A stretch of 64,000 nt of DNA, taken from NCBI GenBank assembly GCA_002269645.1, contig NIVC01001847.1, positions 81,963 to 145,962 of the forward strand. The letters run 5' to 3'. The notes under the pieces were generated by a model that saw nothing but the letters and a program-made list of their open reading frames with translations, had not been told where the DNA came from and did not search any database. This DNA comes from Macrostomum lignano (lineage: Eukaryota). The translations under genes were made by a program, and so were the position numbers. Below, piece by piece: positions 28,887 to 57,917 of this stretch (its first letter is position 1; every line of letters starts with the position of its first letter).

Positions 28887-31800
28887 ACATTTCTGTCTCG
28901 TTAGATGGCCTCTTTTACTTTCTAGCGTCTTCGATAGAAAAATTCAGATACATAGCACTGTATTGAAAGTAGTGTGGCTTGTTTATTGTTAGTTTAGGGT
29001 CAGCCCTCATAGGTACGAATCTTTCTCTAAAAAAATTAGAAGTCCATTTTGCAAATCGGATGGTTATGCACACTTGAGCACTGACACAATTAGTGAGCAC
29101 TGACACAATTAGTGAGCACTGACACAATTAGTGAGCACTGATACCATTAGTGAGCACTGACACAATTAGTGAGCACTGACACAATTAGTGAGCACTGACA
29201 CAATTAGTGAGCACTGACACAATTAGTGAGCACTGACACAATTAGTGAGCACTGACACAAGTGAGCATGTGAAACTTTTTGTATTCATGTCCCAAAGCAA
29301 CTCAAATCAATCTTCAACGAAATAATGCCAATAATTTTTCAATATTGTCACATTTTTAAGCTTTGCATATCTGACTACTGACTATTCAAACGCATCAGTA
29401 GTATCCATACAAGCTTTGAGTCGATATAAAGAACCCGGAGCCAAGAATTCAACCATTGGGCCAATATAGCGCAGTCACAATGGCTGTGGCAGTTCTCATT
29501 GGTTGGTGGTAATAAAAACTCCACTGCAGAATGGCGGGTTGCATAAAGCATGCTCCTTGGGCTCCGGACCAGCAACGGGCCAGTAGGGTCGTAGCTGCTC
29601 TCTCCTTGCTTTGGACACCACCTGCTGTTGCAGAAGACAGAAGATAGGAAAAAGACCGTCTGAGTCTAAAACATAATCTGCCGACTTCTACGATTCATGT
29701 GAGTCGACTGTTCTGGGTTCTTGGTTTTGTAGAACTTCACTCATGAACTCCATCATAAACTCACTGAAGAACTCACTCATAAACTCGCTCCTGAATTCAC
29801 TCATGAACTCGCTCAACAACTCACTCATGAACTCGCTCACCAACTCACTCATGAACTCGCTCATGAATTCACTCATGAACTCGCTCACCAACTCACTCAT
29901 GAACTCGCTCACCAACTCACTCATGAACTCGCTCACCAACTCACTCATGAACTCGCTCACCAACTCACTCATGAACTCGCTCACCAACTCACTCATGAAC
30001 TCGCTCACCAACTCACTCATGAACTCGCTCACCAACTCACTCATGAACTCGCTCACCAACTCACTCATGAACTCGCTCACCAACTCACTCATGAACTCGC
30101 TCACCAACTCACTCATGAACTCGCTCACCAACTCACTCATGAACTCGCTCACCAACTCACTCATGAACTCGCTCACCAACTCACTCATGAACTCGCTCAC
30201 CAACTCACTCATGAACTCGCTCACCAACTCACTCATGAACTCTCTCACCAACTCACTCATGAACTCGCTCATGAATTCACTCATGAACTCGCTCACCAAC
30301 TCACTCATGAACTCGCTCACCAACTCACTCATGAACTCTCTCACCAACTCACTCATGAACTCGCTCACCAACTCACTCATGAACTCGCTCACCAACTCAC
30401 TCATGAACTCGCTCACCAACTCACTCATGAACTCGCTCACCAACTCACTCATGAACTCGCTCAACAACTCACTCATGAACTCGCTCATGAACTCACTCAT
30501 GAACTCACTCATAACCTCACTTATGAACGCATTCACGAATCAATATTATCAACATTATGAAGGTTGATATCTCTTGAAATTTGATAATCCTGTCATCTGG
30601 GCAGTGGGGCTTCCATTTAGCCGCTACGGAAATACGGAATCAGTTGTGTTTTTCATCACTGTCAATCAGCGATAGAAAGTATTCGATGCGCCCAGGCAAA
30701 CAGGCATCTGATAGAAATCAACTGCCTCTTTGATGTTGCGTCATTTGATCTGAGGAAGCTAAGTTGAGAATTTCGCCTCTGCAATATTTACTTATGATGT
30801 ACACAGGCTTGAAATGAACGTTCCGAATCCCTCAAAACACCACCCAATCCTTCAGGACACTACCCTACCCTTCAAGACACTACCCGATTCCCTCAGGACA
30901 TACCCGATTCCCTCAGGACATACCCGATCCTTCAGGACACTACCCGATCCTTCAGGACATACCCGATTCCCCCAGGACATACCCGATTCCCTCAGGACAT
31001 ACCCGATTCCCTCAGGACATACCCGATTCCCTCAGGACATACCCGATTCCCTCAGGACATACCCGATTCTCTCAGGACATACCCGATTCCCTCAGGACGT
31101 ACCCGATTCCCTCAGGACATACCCGATTCCCTCAGGACATACCCGATTCCCTCAGGACGTACCCGATTCCCTCAGGACATACCCGATTCCCTCAGGACAT
31201 ACCCGATTCCCTCAGGACATACCGGATTTCCTCAGGACATACCCGATTCCCTCAGGACATACCCGATTCCCTCAGGACATACCCGATTCCCTCAGGACAT
31301 ACCCGATTCCCTCAGGACATACCCGATTCCCTCAGGACATACCCGATTCCCCCAGGACATACCCGATTCCCTCAGGACATACCCGATTCCCTCAGGACGT
31401 ACCCGATTCCCTCAGGACATACCCGATTCCCTCAGGACATACTCGATTCCCTCAGGACGTACCCGATTCCCTCAGGACATACCCGATTCCCTCAGGACAT
31501 ACCCGATTCCCTCAGGACATACCGGATTCCCTCAGGACATACCCGATTCCCTCAGGACATACCCGATTCCCTCAGGACATACCCGATTCCCTCAGGACGT
31601 ACCCGATTCCCTCAGGACATACCCGATTCCCTCAGGACATACCCGATTCCCTCAGGACATACCGGATTTCCTCAGGACATACCCGATTCCCTCAGGACAT
31701 ACCCGATTCCCTCAGGACATACCCGATTCCCTCAGGACATACCCGATTCCCTCAGGACGTACCCGATTCCCTCAGGACATACCCGATTCCCCCAGGACAT

Positions 31801-33600
31801 ACCCGATTCCCTCAGGACATACCCGATTCCCTCAGGACATACCCGATTCCCTCAGGACATACTCGATTCCCTCAGGACATACCCGATTCCCTCAGGACAT
31901 ACCCGATTCCCTCAGGACATACCCGATTCCCTCAGGACATACTCGATTCCCTCAGGACATACTCGATTCCCTCAGGACATACCCGATTCCCTCAGGACAT
32001 ACTCGATTCCCTCAGGACATACCCGATTCCCTCAGGACATACCCGATTCTCTCAGGACATACCCGATTCCCTCAGGACATACTCGATTCCCTCAGGACAT
32101 ACCCGATTCCCTCAGGACATACCCGATTCCCTCAGGACATACTCGATTCCCTCAGGACATACTCGATTCCCTCAGGACATACCCGATTCCCTCAGGACAT
32201 ACTCGATTCCCTCAGGACATACCCGATTCCCTCAGGACATACCCGATTCCCTCAGGACATACTCGATTCCCTCAGGACATACCCGATTCTCTCAGGACAT
32301 ACATGATCCTTTGGGACCTCCCAAAATCCTTCAGGCTACCCTCAAATTTCTTTCAGGCTAGCAATATGTCCCCAGTTCCAGACCCCACTCCAGAATAAAA
32401 CAGTTGAAATATTCCTATTTCAGCAATTGCACTAAAGGGGTCTTCTAGAATATTATTATTACTAAGCTTAACAATCAGCTGCTCACACAGTGCTCACAAA
32501 GAGGTGTGAATTTTATTGCGGAAAACTGAAGCAACAAACATAGCTAAGCGTAAATAGAAAAGAAAATAGATTCACCACCTGTTGCAGCCTGTTGCAGAAG
32601 AAGAGTCTTTTTGCAATTGCAGTGACATTGCTTCATCAACTCATGGGGCCCTGGTTCCATTAGGCTTGGTCACGAGAATTAACAAACCCCACGAGGTCCA
32701 GTCCCCATGGCACAGAGACTGTACATGCCTGACGATTTGCCAATTTGCAGTTGTGTCTGAAGCTGGGGAGTTGCTCCGCCAGTCTGTGTCGCCATGGGCC
32801 TCCTTGCGCCCGATTGCCAACCCCTCCCTGGATAATTTACGATCGCGGAAGGCACAAATTCAAGATGACCCGCGCCCTGCCCGCAAGGAGTCGTGTGTGC
32901 GTGTGTTCGTGCGTGTGTGCGTGTGTGTGTGTGTGTCTGTGTGTGTGCTTCTTTTTCTTCCGCCTAAGGGAAAACAGGCCCATGCCACGGCCATTGTGAT
33001 GCATATCTGGTGCCGGTCAGTCCAACCCTTTAATATTTCGGAATATCTGTTTGAACCCAGCATTCTGATACATAGGAATATATTTGCATTGACAATTTGC
33101 ATAGCAACCTCACTGCCCGCCACTCCATTACTGAATTGGGATGGAGGTTAGCCAGACAAATCCCCGGACAAAGTCGTGTTAATAGATTTTTGGCTTCGTT
33201 TCCTGGCCTTGTGTATGAGGCAATCCACCCCCCCCCCTGTTCCAACAACAGCTGTTGTCAATTCATTTCGGCTTTCGCTGCGGTCCCCTGCGTACCCGCT
33301 CGTATCACTGTGTAATGTGTTCGAAATATCCCTCTCCACTCCATTCATATTGATTTCGAGTGTGCAGAAATATGATTAACTTTCTTTGGCAACTTTCCAA
33401 CAGACAAAAGTAACACATCTCAAAAATGGGTTGTCAGTTGAAATGGCACATTCTACAGTCAAAGCATGGTTTTTACAGTCGAAGTGGCACTTTTTACAGT
33501 CGAAGTGGCACTTTTTACAGTCGAAGTGGCACTTTTTACAGTCGAAGGGGCACTTTTTACAGTCGAACTGGCACTTTTTACTGTCGAAGTGGCACTTTTT
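28887..33600. repeat. Tandem segmental duplication, copy 1 (~4.7 kb)
   Basis: Starts acatttctgtctcgttag at 28887 and again at 33601 (offset 4714). Contains 19-bp (ctgacacaattagtgagca), 24-bp (actcactcatgaactcgctcacca), 20-bp (acatacccgattccctcagg) and 20-bp (ttttacagtcgaagtggcac) arrays plus unique spacers. Confidence 0.97.
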
Positions 33601-36600
33601 ACATTTCTGTCTCGTTAGATGGCCTCTTTTACTTTCTAGCGTCTTCGATAGAAAAATTCAGATACATAGCACTGTATTGAAAGTAGTGTGGCTTGTTTAT
33701 TGTTAGTTTAGGGTCAGCCCTCATAGGTACGAATCTTTCTCTAAAAAAATTAGAAGTCCATTTTGCAAATCGGATGGTTATGCACACTTGAGCACTGACA
33801 CAATTAGTGAGCACTGACACAATTAGTGAGCACTGACACAATTAGTGAGCACTGATACCATTAGTGAGCACTGACACAATTAGTGAGCACTGACACAATT
33901 AGTGAGCACTGACACAATTAGTGAGCACTGACACAATTAGTGAGCACTGACACAATTAGTGAGCACTGACACAAGTGAGCATGTGAAACTTTTTGTATTC
34001 ATGTCCCAAAGCAACTCAAATCAATCTTCAACGAAATAATGCCAATAATTTTTCAATATTGTCACATTTTTAAGCTTTGCATATCTGACTACTGACTATT
34101 CAAACGCATCAGTAGTATCCATACAAGCTTTGAGTCGATATAAAGAACCCGGAGCCAAGCATTCAACCATTGGGCCAATATAGCGCAGTCACAATGGCTG
34201 TGGCAGTTCTCATTGGTTGGTGGTAATAAAAACTCCACTGCAGAATGGCGGGTTGCATAAAGCATGCTCCTTGGGCTCCGGACCAGCAACGGGCCAGTAG
34301 GGTCGTAGCTGCTCTCTCCTTGCTTTGGACACCACCTGCTGTTGCAGAAGACAGAAGATAGGAAAAAGACCGTCTGAGTCTAAAACATAATCTGCCGACT
34401 TCTACGATTCATGTGAGTCGACTGTTCTGGGTTCTTGGTTTTGTAGAACTTCACTCATGAACTCCATCATAAACTCACTGAAGAACTCACTCATAAACTC
34501 GCTCCTGAATTCACTCATGAACTCGCTCAACAACTCACTCATGAACTCGCTCACCAACTCACTCATGAACTCGCTCATGAATTCACTCATGAACTCGCTC
34601 ACCAACTCACTCATGAACTCGCTCACCAACTCACTCATGAACTCGCTCACCAACTCACTCATGAACTCGCTCACCAACTCACTCATGAACTCGCTCACCA
34701 ACTCACTCATGAACTCGCTCACCAACTCACTCATGAACTCGCTCACCAACTCACTCATGAACTCGCTCACCAACTCACTCATGAACTCGCTCACCAACTC
34801 ACTCATGAACTCGCTCACCAACTCACTCATGAACTCGCTCACCAACTCACTCATGAACTCGCTCATGAATTCACTCATGAACTCGCTCACCAACTCACTC
34901 ATGAACTCGCTCACCAACTCACTCATGAACTCGCTCACCAACTCACTCATGAACTCTCTCACCAACTCACTCATGAACTCGCTCATGAATTCACTCATGA
35001 ACTCGCTCACCAACTCACTCATGAACTCGCTCACCAACTCACTCATGAACTCTCTCACCAACTCACTCATGAACTCGCTCACCAACTCACTCATGAACTC
35101 GCTCACCAACTCACTCATGAACTCGCTCACCAACTCACTCATGAACTCGCTCACCAACTCACTCATGAACTCGCTCAACAACTCACTCATGAACTCGCTC
35201 ATGAACTCACTCATGAACTCACTCATAACCTCACTTATGAACGCATTCACGAATCAATATTATCAACATTATGAAGGTTGATATCTCTTGAAATTTGATA
35301 ATCCTGTCATCTGGGCAGTGGGGCTTCCATTTAGCCGCTACGGAAATACGGAATCAGTTGTGTTTTTCATCACTGTCAATCAGCGATAGAAAGTATTCGA
35401 TGCGCCCAGGCAAACAGGCATCTGATAGAAATCAACTGCCTCTTTGATGTTGCGTCATTTGATCTGAGGAAGCTAAGTTGAGAATTTCGCCTCTGCAATA
35501 TTTACTTATGATGTACGCAGGCTTGAAATGAACGTTCCGAATCCCTCAAAACACCACCCAATCCTTCAGGACACTACCCTACCCTTCAAGACACTACCCG
35601 ATTCCCTCAGGACATACCCGATTCCCTCAGGACATACCCGATCCTTCAGGACACTACCCGATCCTTCAGGACATACCCGATTCCCCCAGGACATACCCGA
35701 TTCCCTCAGGACATACCCGATTCCCTCAGGACATACCCGATTCCCTCAGGACATACCCGATTCCCTCAGGACATACCCGATTCTCTCAGGACATACCCGA
35801 TTCCCTCAGGACGTACCCGATTCCCTCAGGACATACCCGATTCCCTCAGGACATACCCGATTCCCTCAGGACGTACCCGATTCCCTCAGGACATACCCGA
35901 TTCCCTCAGGACATACCCGATTCCCTCAGGACATACCGGATTTCCTCAGGACATACCCGATTCCCTCAGGACATACCCGATTCCCTCAGGACATACCCGA
36001 TTCCCTCAGGACATACCCGATTCCCTCAGGACATACCCGATTCCCTCAGGACATACCCGATTCCCCCAGGACATACCCGATTCCCTCAGGACATACCCGA
36101 TTCCCTCAGGACGTACCCGATTCCCTCAGGACATACCCGATTCCCTCAGGACATACCCGATTCCCTCAGGACGTACCCGATTCCCTCAGGACATACCCGA
36201 TTCCCTCAGGACATACCCGATTCCCTCAGGACATACCGGATTCCCTCAGGACATACCCGATTCCCTCAGGACATACCCGATTCCCTCAGGACATACCCGA
36301 TTCCCTCAGGACGTACCCGATTCCCTCAGGACATACCCGATTCCCTCAGGACATACCCGATTCCCTCAGGACATACCGGATTTCCTCAGGACATACCCGA
36401 TTCCCTCAGGACATACCCGATTCCCTCAGGACATACCCGATTCCCTCAGGACATACCCGATTCCCTCAGGACGTACCCGATTCCCTCAGGACATACCCGA
36501 TTCCCTCAGGACATACCCGATTCCCTCAGGACATACCCGATTCCCTCAGGACATACTCGATTCCCTCAGGACATACCCGATTCCCTCAGGACATACCCGA

Positions 36601-38160
36601 TTCCCTCAGGACATACTCGATTCCCTCAGGACATACTCGATTCCCTCAGGACATACCCGATTCCCTCAGGACATACTCGATTCCCTCAGGACATACCCGA
36701 TTCCCTCAGGACATACCCGATTCCCTCAGGACATACTCGATTCCCTCAGGACATACTCGATTCCCTCAGGACATACCCGATTCTCTCAGGACATACATGA
36801 TCCTTTGGGACCTCCCAAAATCCTTCAGGCTACCCTCAAATTTCTTTCAGGCTAGCAATATGTCCCCAGTTCCAGACCCCACTCCAGAATAAAACAGTTG
36901 AAATATTCCTATTTCAGCAATTGCACTAAAGGGGTCTTCTAGAATATTATTATTACTAAGCTTAACAATCAGCTGCTCACACAGTGCTCACAAAGAGGTG
37001 TGAATTTTATTGCGGAAAACTGAAGCAACAAACATAGCTAAGCGTAAATAGAAAAGAAAATAGATTCACCACCTGTTGCAGCCTGTTGCAGAAGAAGAGT
37101 CTTTTTGCAATTGCAGTGACATTGCTTCATCAACTCATGGGGCCCTGGTTCCATTAGGCTTGGTCACGAGAATTAACAAACCCCACGAGGTCCAGTCCCC
37201 ATGGCACAGAGACTGTACATGCCTGACGATTTGCCAATTTGCAGTTGTGTCTGAAGCTGGGGAGTTGCTCCGCCAGTCTGTGTCGCCATGGGCCTCCTTG
37301 CGCCCGATTGCCAACCCCTCCCTGGATAATTTACGATCGCGGAAGGCACAAATTCAAGATGACCCGCGCCCTGCCCGCAAGGAGTCGTGTGTGCGTGTGT
37401 TCGTGCGTGTGTGCGTGTGTGTGTGTGTGTCTGTGTGTGTGCTTCTTTTTCTTCCGCCTAAGGGAAAACAGGCCCATGCCACGGCCATTGTGATGCATAT
37501 CTGGTGCCGGTCAGTCCAACCCTTTAATATTTCGGAATATCTGTTTGAACCCAGCATTCTGATACATTGGAATATATTTGCATTGACAATTTGCATAGCA
37601 ACCTCACTGCCCGCCACTCCATTACTGAATTGGGATGGAGGTTAGCCAGAAAAATCCCTGGACAAAGTCGTGTTAATAGATTTTTGGCTTCGTTTCCTGG
37701 CCTTGTGTATGAGGCAATCCCCCCCCCCCCCTGTTCCAACAACAGCTGTTGTCGATTCATTTCGGCTTTCGCTGCGGTCCCCTGCGTACCCAGTCGTATT
37801 GTTGTGTAATGTGTTCGAAATATCCTTCTCCACTCCATTCATATTGATTTCGAGTGTGCAGAAATATGATTAACTTTCTTGGCAACTTTCCAATAGACAA
37901 AAGTAAGACATCTCAAAAATGGGTTGTCAGTTGAAATAGCACATTCTACAGTCAAAGCATGGTGTCTTTTAAAGTCGAAATGGCACATTTTACAGTCGAA
38001 GCGGCACATTTTACAGTCAAAAAGATGTATTTTACAGTCGAAGCGGCACATTTTACAGTCAAAAAGATGTATTTTACAATCGAAGCGGCACATTTTACAG
38101 TCTAAATGGCACATTTTACAATCGAAGTGGCACATTTTACAATCAAAGAGATGTATTTTA
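33601..38160. repeat. Tandem segmental duplication, copy 2
   Basis: Same order of arrays and spacers. The 20-bp acatacccg array is 220 bp (11 units) shorter, so the offset drops to 4494; the right end is more diverged. Confidence 0.95.
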
Positions 38161-38717
38161 CATCCATGAATGGCACCCATGACAGTGAGATAACGAATCA
38201 AAAGTGACGCTACCAGTTCCGACGCAATTTTACGATAACTGTGCACTCATTTTTGCACTCAAAGCAATTTATACTCTTCACTCCAAACAGATGAATGCAC
38301 AAAAGTTCGCGCACAAAAAAAGCAAAGCTATCCAGCCATGAAGGAAAGAGTGAAAGTGCGTGGCTGTGTTTTTAGCCCCTGGCTACTTAATTGCTACAGT
38401 TGACGCGGCCACTCGGTTCCGCATGCAAGCAAACGAAAAAAGCACACACTACTGCAGCCCGAAACACGAACGAGTCCTCCAAACGGGAAAGGTTTGAATA
38501 GGGGGTCCCGGATTGAATAGGAAAGATCATTAAGCTGCTCCCGAGATCAACCAAAGGCCTTTTTTACTGTATCTACCTGGACAAGGGACAGGCTGGCCAA
38601 TTTAACAGACAATAGACCAGCCACATTCATTACATTTAGAAAGATTCACTGAATTTGAATTACCTCTTGGTAAAAAACAAAAAATTTAAAGTACAAGTCA
38701 AGTTGATGATAGCTAAG

Positions 38718-39520
38718 GCACTGCCACAGAACTGCACTCGGGCCATAGACAATAAAGCCACTGCCACAGAACTGCACTCAGGCCATAGACAATAAAGCCA
38801 CTGCCACAGAACTGCACTCGGGCCATAGACAATAAAGCCACTGCAACAGAACTGCACTCGGGCCATAGACAATAAAGCCACTGCCACAGAACTGCACTCA
38901 GGCCATAGACAATAAAGCCACTGCCACAGAACTGCACTCGGGCCATAGACAATAAAGCCACTGCCACAGAACTGCACTCAGGCCATAGACTATAAAGCCA
39001 CTGCCACAGAACTGCACTCGGGCCATAGACAATAAAGCCACTGCCACAGAACTGCACTCGGGCCATAGACTATAAAGCCACTGCAACAGAACTGCACTCG
39101 GGCCATAGACAATAAAGCCACTGCCACAGAACTGCACTCAGGCCATAGACAATAAAGCCACTGCCACAGAACTGCACTCGGGCCATAGACAATAAAGCCA
39201 CTGCCACAGAACTGCACTCAGGCCATAGACTATAAAGCCACTGCCACAGAACTGCACTCAGGCCATAGACAATAAAGCCACTGCCACAGAACTGCACTCG
39301 GGCCATAGACAATAAAGCCACTGCCACAGAACTGCACTCAGGCCATAGACTATAAAGCCAATGCCACAGAACTGCACTCGGGCCATAGACAATAAAGCCA
39401 CTGCCACAGAACTGCACTCAGGCCATAGACTATAAAGCCACTGCCACAGAACTGCACTCGGGCCATAGACAATAAAGCCACTGCCACAGAACTGCACTCG
39501 GGCCATAGACAATAAAGCCA
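38718..39520. repeat. 40-bp minisatellite (ctgccacagaactgcactcgggccatagacaataaagcca)n
   Basis: About 20 copies. Confidence 0.95.
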
Positions 39521-39810
39521 ACGAAGGTTCGGTGATCAGAATTACTTGCTTAGAAATTCTCTACTTATTCGTCTTTTAACAGAAGACGCTTTAAACATAA
39601 TTCTGGTAGATTTCACCGCATCACAACCTCTGACCTTTGACCTTTAAGACCAGAAGCACCAGTTCTCCTTCTAGAGTGGTTGCTCCTTGATTGCGTTTGC
39701 TGTGTTCGAACCTTTTTTTGAAGAAAACACCTTTACAATGGCTATAGTTAGGAAGGGACACGTTTATTGAAGGCAAGCAGGTGGCGTGCAGTGTTCCCCT
39801 TTTTATTATT

Positions 39811-40150
39811 TTATAACCCAGCTCCTCTCGTACACCAGCAGAACTTAGTCATGGACGTACGCAAATCAAGGCGATCTAGATCTGGAGCCTGGAGTAGCAA
39901 CACCTCAATGGTGGTTTCCAGGGAGACATTAATATTAGCCAGTTCAGCCTAGAGGGCGTAAAAGCGTCGTGATCCTCGTGGAGTCAGCGAAATGGGCAGA
40001 ATTGCCTCAAAACTGGGTTTAACTCCAAGTTCCAAACTCTCCAAGTTTTGGATCCTGATCTCCTTTAGTTGAAGTCGCTGGTCAGATGGAACACCCGGCA
40101 TCACAGACTGAATGTTGAAGTGCTTTTTTCTTGTTCCAATGCTCTTCATC
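39811..40150 (-). pseudogene. Possible decayed leucine-rich-repeat (F-box/RNI-like) gene fragment
   Basis: One frame reads ...QRLQLKEIRIQNLESLELGV...RRFYAL*AELANINVSLETTIEVLLLQAPDLDRLDLRT...*, with an internal TAG at 39949-39951 and LxxLxL-like spacing. Family assignment is by eye only. Confidence 0.3.
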
Positions 40151-40559
40151 TTCGCATTCTTCCGTCCAAAAATCCTTAATACCGTTAAAAATTCCCCTTA
40201 AATCCACTCTGCTTCCCATAATCTTGGAAAATGGATTCATCCAGGATGAATTTACCTCTGATGACCCTTGATGTCATCATCACTATGGGAAGCGAATATG
40301 ATAAAAAACTTAAGAAGCATATATTATTCTACAATTCAAACAAAAGAGGCTGGATGTCAATCACCATCACCGCTTTGAGCTCATGTGACAGCGGCAAATG
40401 ATAGCTTGAAGGATAAAAAATGATTCGTAAAAAACATCGCAGCAGGGCCTTTTATTCCCTATTTTTACACGTATGCATTCTTGACCTTGCCTTCCTGTTT
40501 TCCCCTCTTTTAGTCATCTGCATCTGCCCTATTTTCCTCTTGCTTTTTCCTTCTTCCCT

Positions 40560-41445
40560 TTCATCTCCTTTGTCGTCCACCCCTCTCCTCTCTCCCCTCT
40601 CCTCTCTCCTCTCTCCTCTCTCCCCTCTCCTCTTTCCCCTCTCCTCTCTCCCTCTCCTCTCTCCCCTCTCCTCTCTCCCCTCCTCTCTCCCCTCTCCTCT
40701 CTCCCCTCTCCTCTCTCCCTCTCCTCTCTCCCCTCTCCTCTTTCCCCTCTCCTCTCTCCCCTCTCCTCTCTCCCCTCTCCTCTCTCTCCCCTCCTCTCTC
40801 CCCTCTCCTCTCTCCCCTCTCCTCTCTCCCCTCTCCTCTCTCCCCTCTCGCCTCTCCCCTCTCCTCTTTCCCCTCTCCTCTCTCTCCCCTCTCCTCTCTC
40901 CCCTCTCCTCTCTCCCCTCTCCTCTCTCCCCTCTCCTCCCTCCCCTCTCGCCTCTCCCCTCTCCTCTCTCCCCTCTCCTCTCTCTCCCCTCTCCTCTTTC
41001 CCCTCTCCTCTCTCTCCCCTCTCCTCTCTCCCCTCTCCTCTCTCTCCCCTCTCCTCTCTCCCCTCTCTTCTCCTCTCTCCTTTCTCCCCTCTCCTCTCTC
41101 CCCTCTCCTCTCTCCCCTCTCGCCTCTCCCCTCTCCTCTCTCGCCTCTCCTCTCTCCTCTCTCCTCTTTCTTGTCTCCTCTCTCCCCTCTCTTCTCCTCT
41201 CTCCTCTCTCCTCTCTCCTCTCTCCTCTCTCTTCTCTCCCCTCTCCTCTCTCCCCTCTCTTCTCCTCTCCCCTCTCATCTCCTCTCTCCTCTCTCCTCTC
41301 TCCTCTCTCTCCTCTCTCTCCTCTCTCTTCTCTCCCCTCTCCTCTCTCCCCTCTCTTCTCCTCTCCCCTCTCATCTCCCTCTCCCCTCTCATCTCCCTCT
41401 CCTCTACCCTCTCTCCTCTCCTTTCGACTCTCTCTCCTTTTCTCT
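40560..41445. repeat. CT-rich minisatellite (ctctcccctctc)n upstream of the protocadherin
   Basis: Direct reading. Confidence 0.95.
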
Positions 41446-41560
41446 GTTCTCGTCCCCCATTTGATGCCACTCAAAAACATTCTCCCGCAAAGCTTTCAAA
41501 GGTGCCACCTATTACTCTGATGATTAATTGCAGACCAGACCAGACACACCGGTGGCTCAA

Positions 41561-56196
<14,636 letters not shown>

Positions 56197-57917
56197 CAAT
56201 GAATCCATCAGCGAAGGAATTGCCCATTGACTGATTTGAGACAGCTCTGTGACAGCCCACACATTCTCTGCCTGTACATTTGATCTAATCTGTTAACCAA
56301 ATTTGCACTCTTGTCGCAGACTTGCTGTACACAGAAACCGTTCGAATAGGTTTGCAAAATTTCTATTGGACTAGTTCATAAAGTGCCACACTCTTTAACT
56401 ATTAAATCATTAGTATTAATATTGAAGTAAGGCATTCATTATAAAAACTGTCAGAATGAAAATACACAGCAATTTTGCCTATCTGTCATGAACTCTTGCC
56501 ATCATGTTGTTACTTATGCATAAAAAGTATAATTAATGAAATTAGAGTGCACCGAGAACTCTTTGGAAGGTCAAAGTTGAAACATATTTTCTTTAGTTTG
56601 GAGGGCTGATTAAAAAGTTGAGGGTAGCCTCAGTGTTGAGTGACTGCAGCATCGAATCGTTAAAAGTAAAGCACATTGGAACCATGCAAGGGCTCACTGC
56701 TCCCGGCTTAGAGACGATTTACATGCTTCACACCCATGGCTCAGCCGAGAAAGTACAGGTGCCAAGAATTAGGAAAAGCCGTGAAGTGATGCAGGTACAA
56801 AGCAGCTGCCTCAAACCTTGCTCTACAACCGCTGCATTTAAGGTGTTACAAATGGTTCCACAAGTTGGGATTGCACCAGTGCTTGCACCTGTGCTTACTA
56901 CCTTTGACGAAAAAAATATCACAATTTAATAGCACACCCTTTGTTCAGTTACTAGATAATTAAGACTTTTTTCGATACTTTTTTCTTTTGATCAGCGCTG
57001 CTGGTGATACTGTATACAGTTTTTACCATAGACTTAAAAAATTCAAGTTTCAAGGACCTATTCTAATCCTACTACTGTTAAGTAGTGTGTATAGCGGACT
57101 GGTATAATTATTCTTTAGGACAAAATTTAAACGAGTGTTAAATCTTGCCGCATACACGAGCTGAGCTCATTTGGGCGATTGTATTTTAAGTAAAAGATGC
57201 TGGAGCTTCATCAAGTATTAAAAATTTGAAGAGAGAAAGAGATAAAGAGAAGCGGAGAGGAGAGGAGCCAGCAAAACAGACAGACAAGTCCCTTGCAAAC
57301 CAAGTCTACTGGAATGCACTTTTTCAGCTTTATCATCTTATTCTCTCTCTCTGTCTCTCTGTCTCTCCCCTCCCTAAGCCCGGCAGTCCAACAGCCGCGC
57401 TTCCGGCCAAACAGGCGCTGCTCAAGCCGCTAGGCTAACAGTAGCACCCGCCAGCCAGACTCCCCTCTGCTCAGAGCCACTTTGCGTCGTCACTGTGCTC
57501 TCAAAGTCTCATCTTCTTTTGAATTTTGGGCAGCTAATAGCTGGGTGTATATGTGCAAGTATATATAAAAGCTCGCCTTGAAAGACTGCATGGGGAGGGG
57601 GTTGTCCTCTGTCATGGCTAGTTACCATTAATTCAGTCCTCGGGTAGTTTCTCAGGCTTACCTATTTTATAGAAGATAGCCATTGAACAGCAATACCGCT
57701 ATTGGGTGAAATCTGGCACTGTGGCCGCTGAATCCACATTCTGTTAACAATGAGCAGCTTTCGGAGCGAACAGAATAGATTATAGATAGCGCAACCTAAA
57801 AGCACAGACAGGTTTGCGCCCTGTCTGTCTGTAACTAGCCGTCATTATATCAGCTTATAAAGCGGAGTCAAATCTCTCCGATCTTTACACTTTAACAGCT
57901 GTCAATCAGGCTCAGCC

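Noticed and set aside
32582-33151. 189-aa ORF duplicated at 37076-37645
   Set aside because: Runs through a (GT)n microsatellite, has no recognisable domain, and its conservation is explained by the duplication.
29688-36892. Long ORFs (SELVSEFM)n, (NSLTNSLM)n and (YPIPSGHTRFPQDIPDSLRT)n
   Set aside because: Products of 24- and 20-bp arrays. The 20-bp unit is not a multiple of 3, and there is no unique coding context.
38718-39520. Regularly spaced 40-bp and other repeats resembling CRISPR arrays
   Set aside because: Units are contiguous with no unique spacers, there are no cas genes, and the context is eukaryotic.
56618-56929. 103-aa non-repetitive ORF downstream of the protocadherin
   Set aside because: Non-ATG start in the track, no motif and no splice context; compatible with chance in 3' UTR or intergenic DNA.
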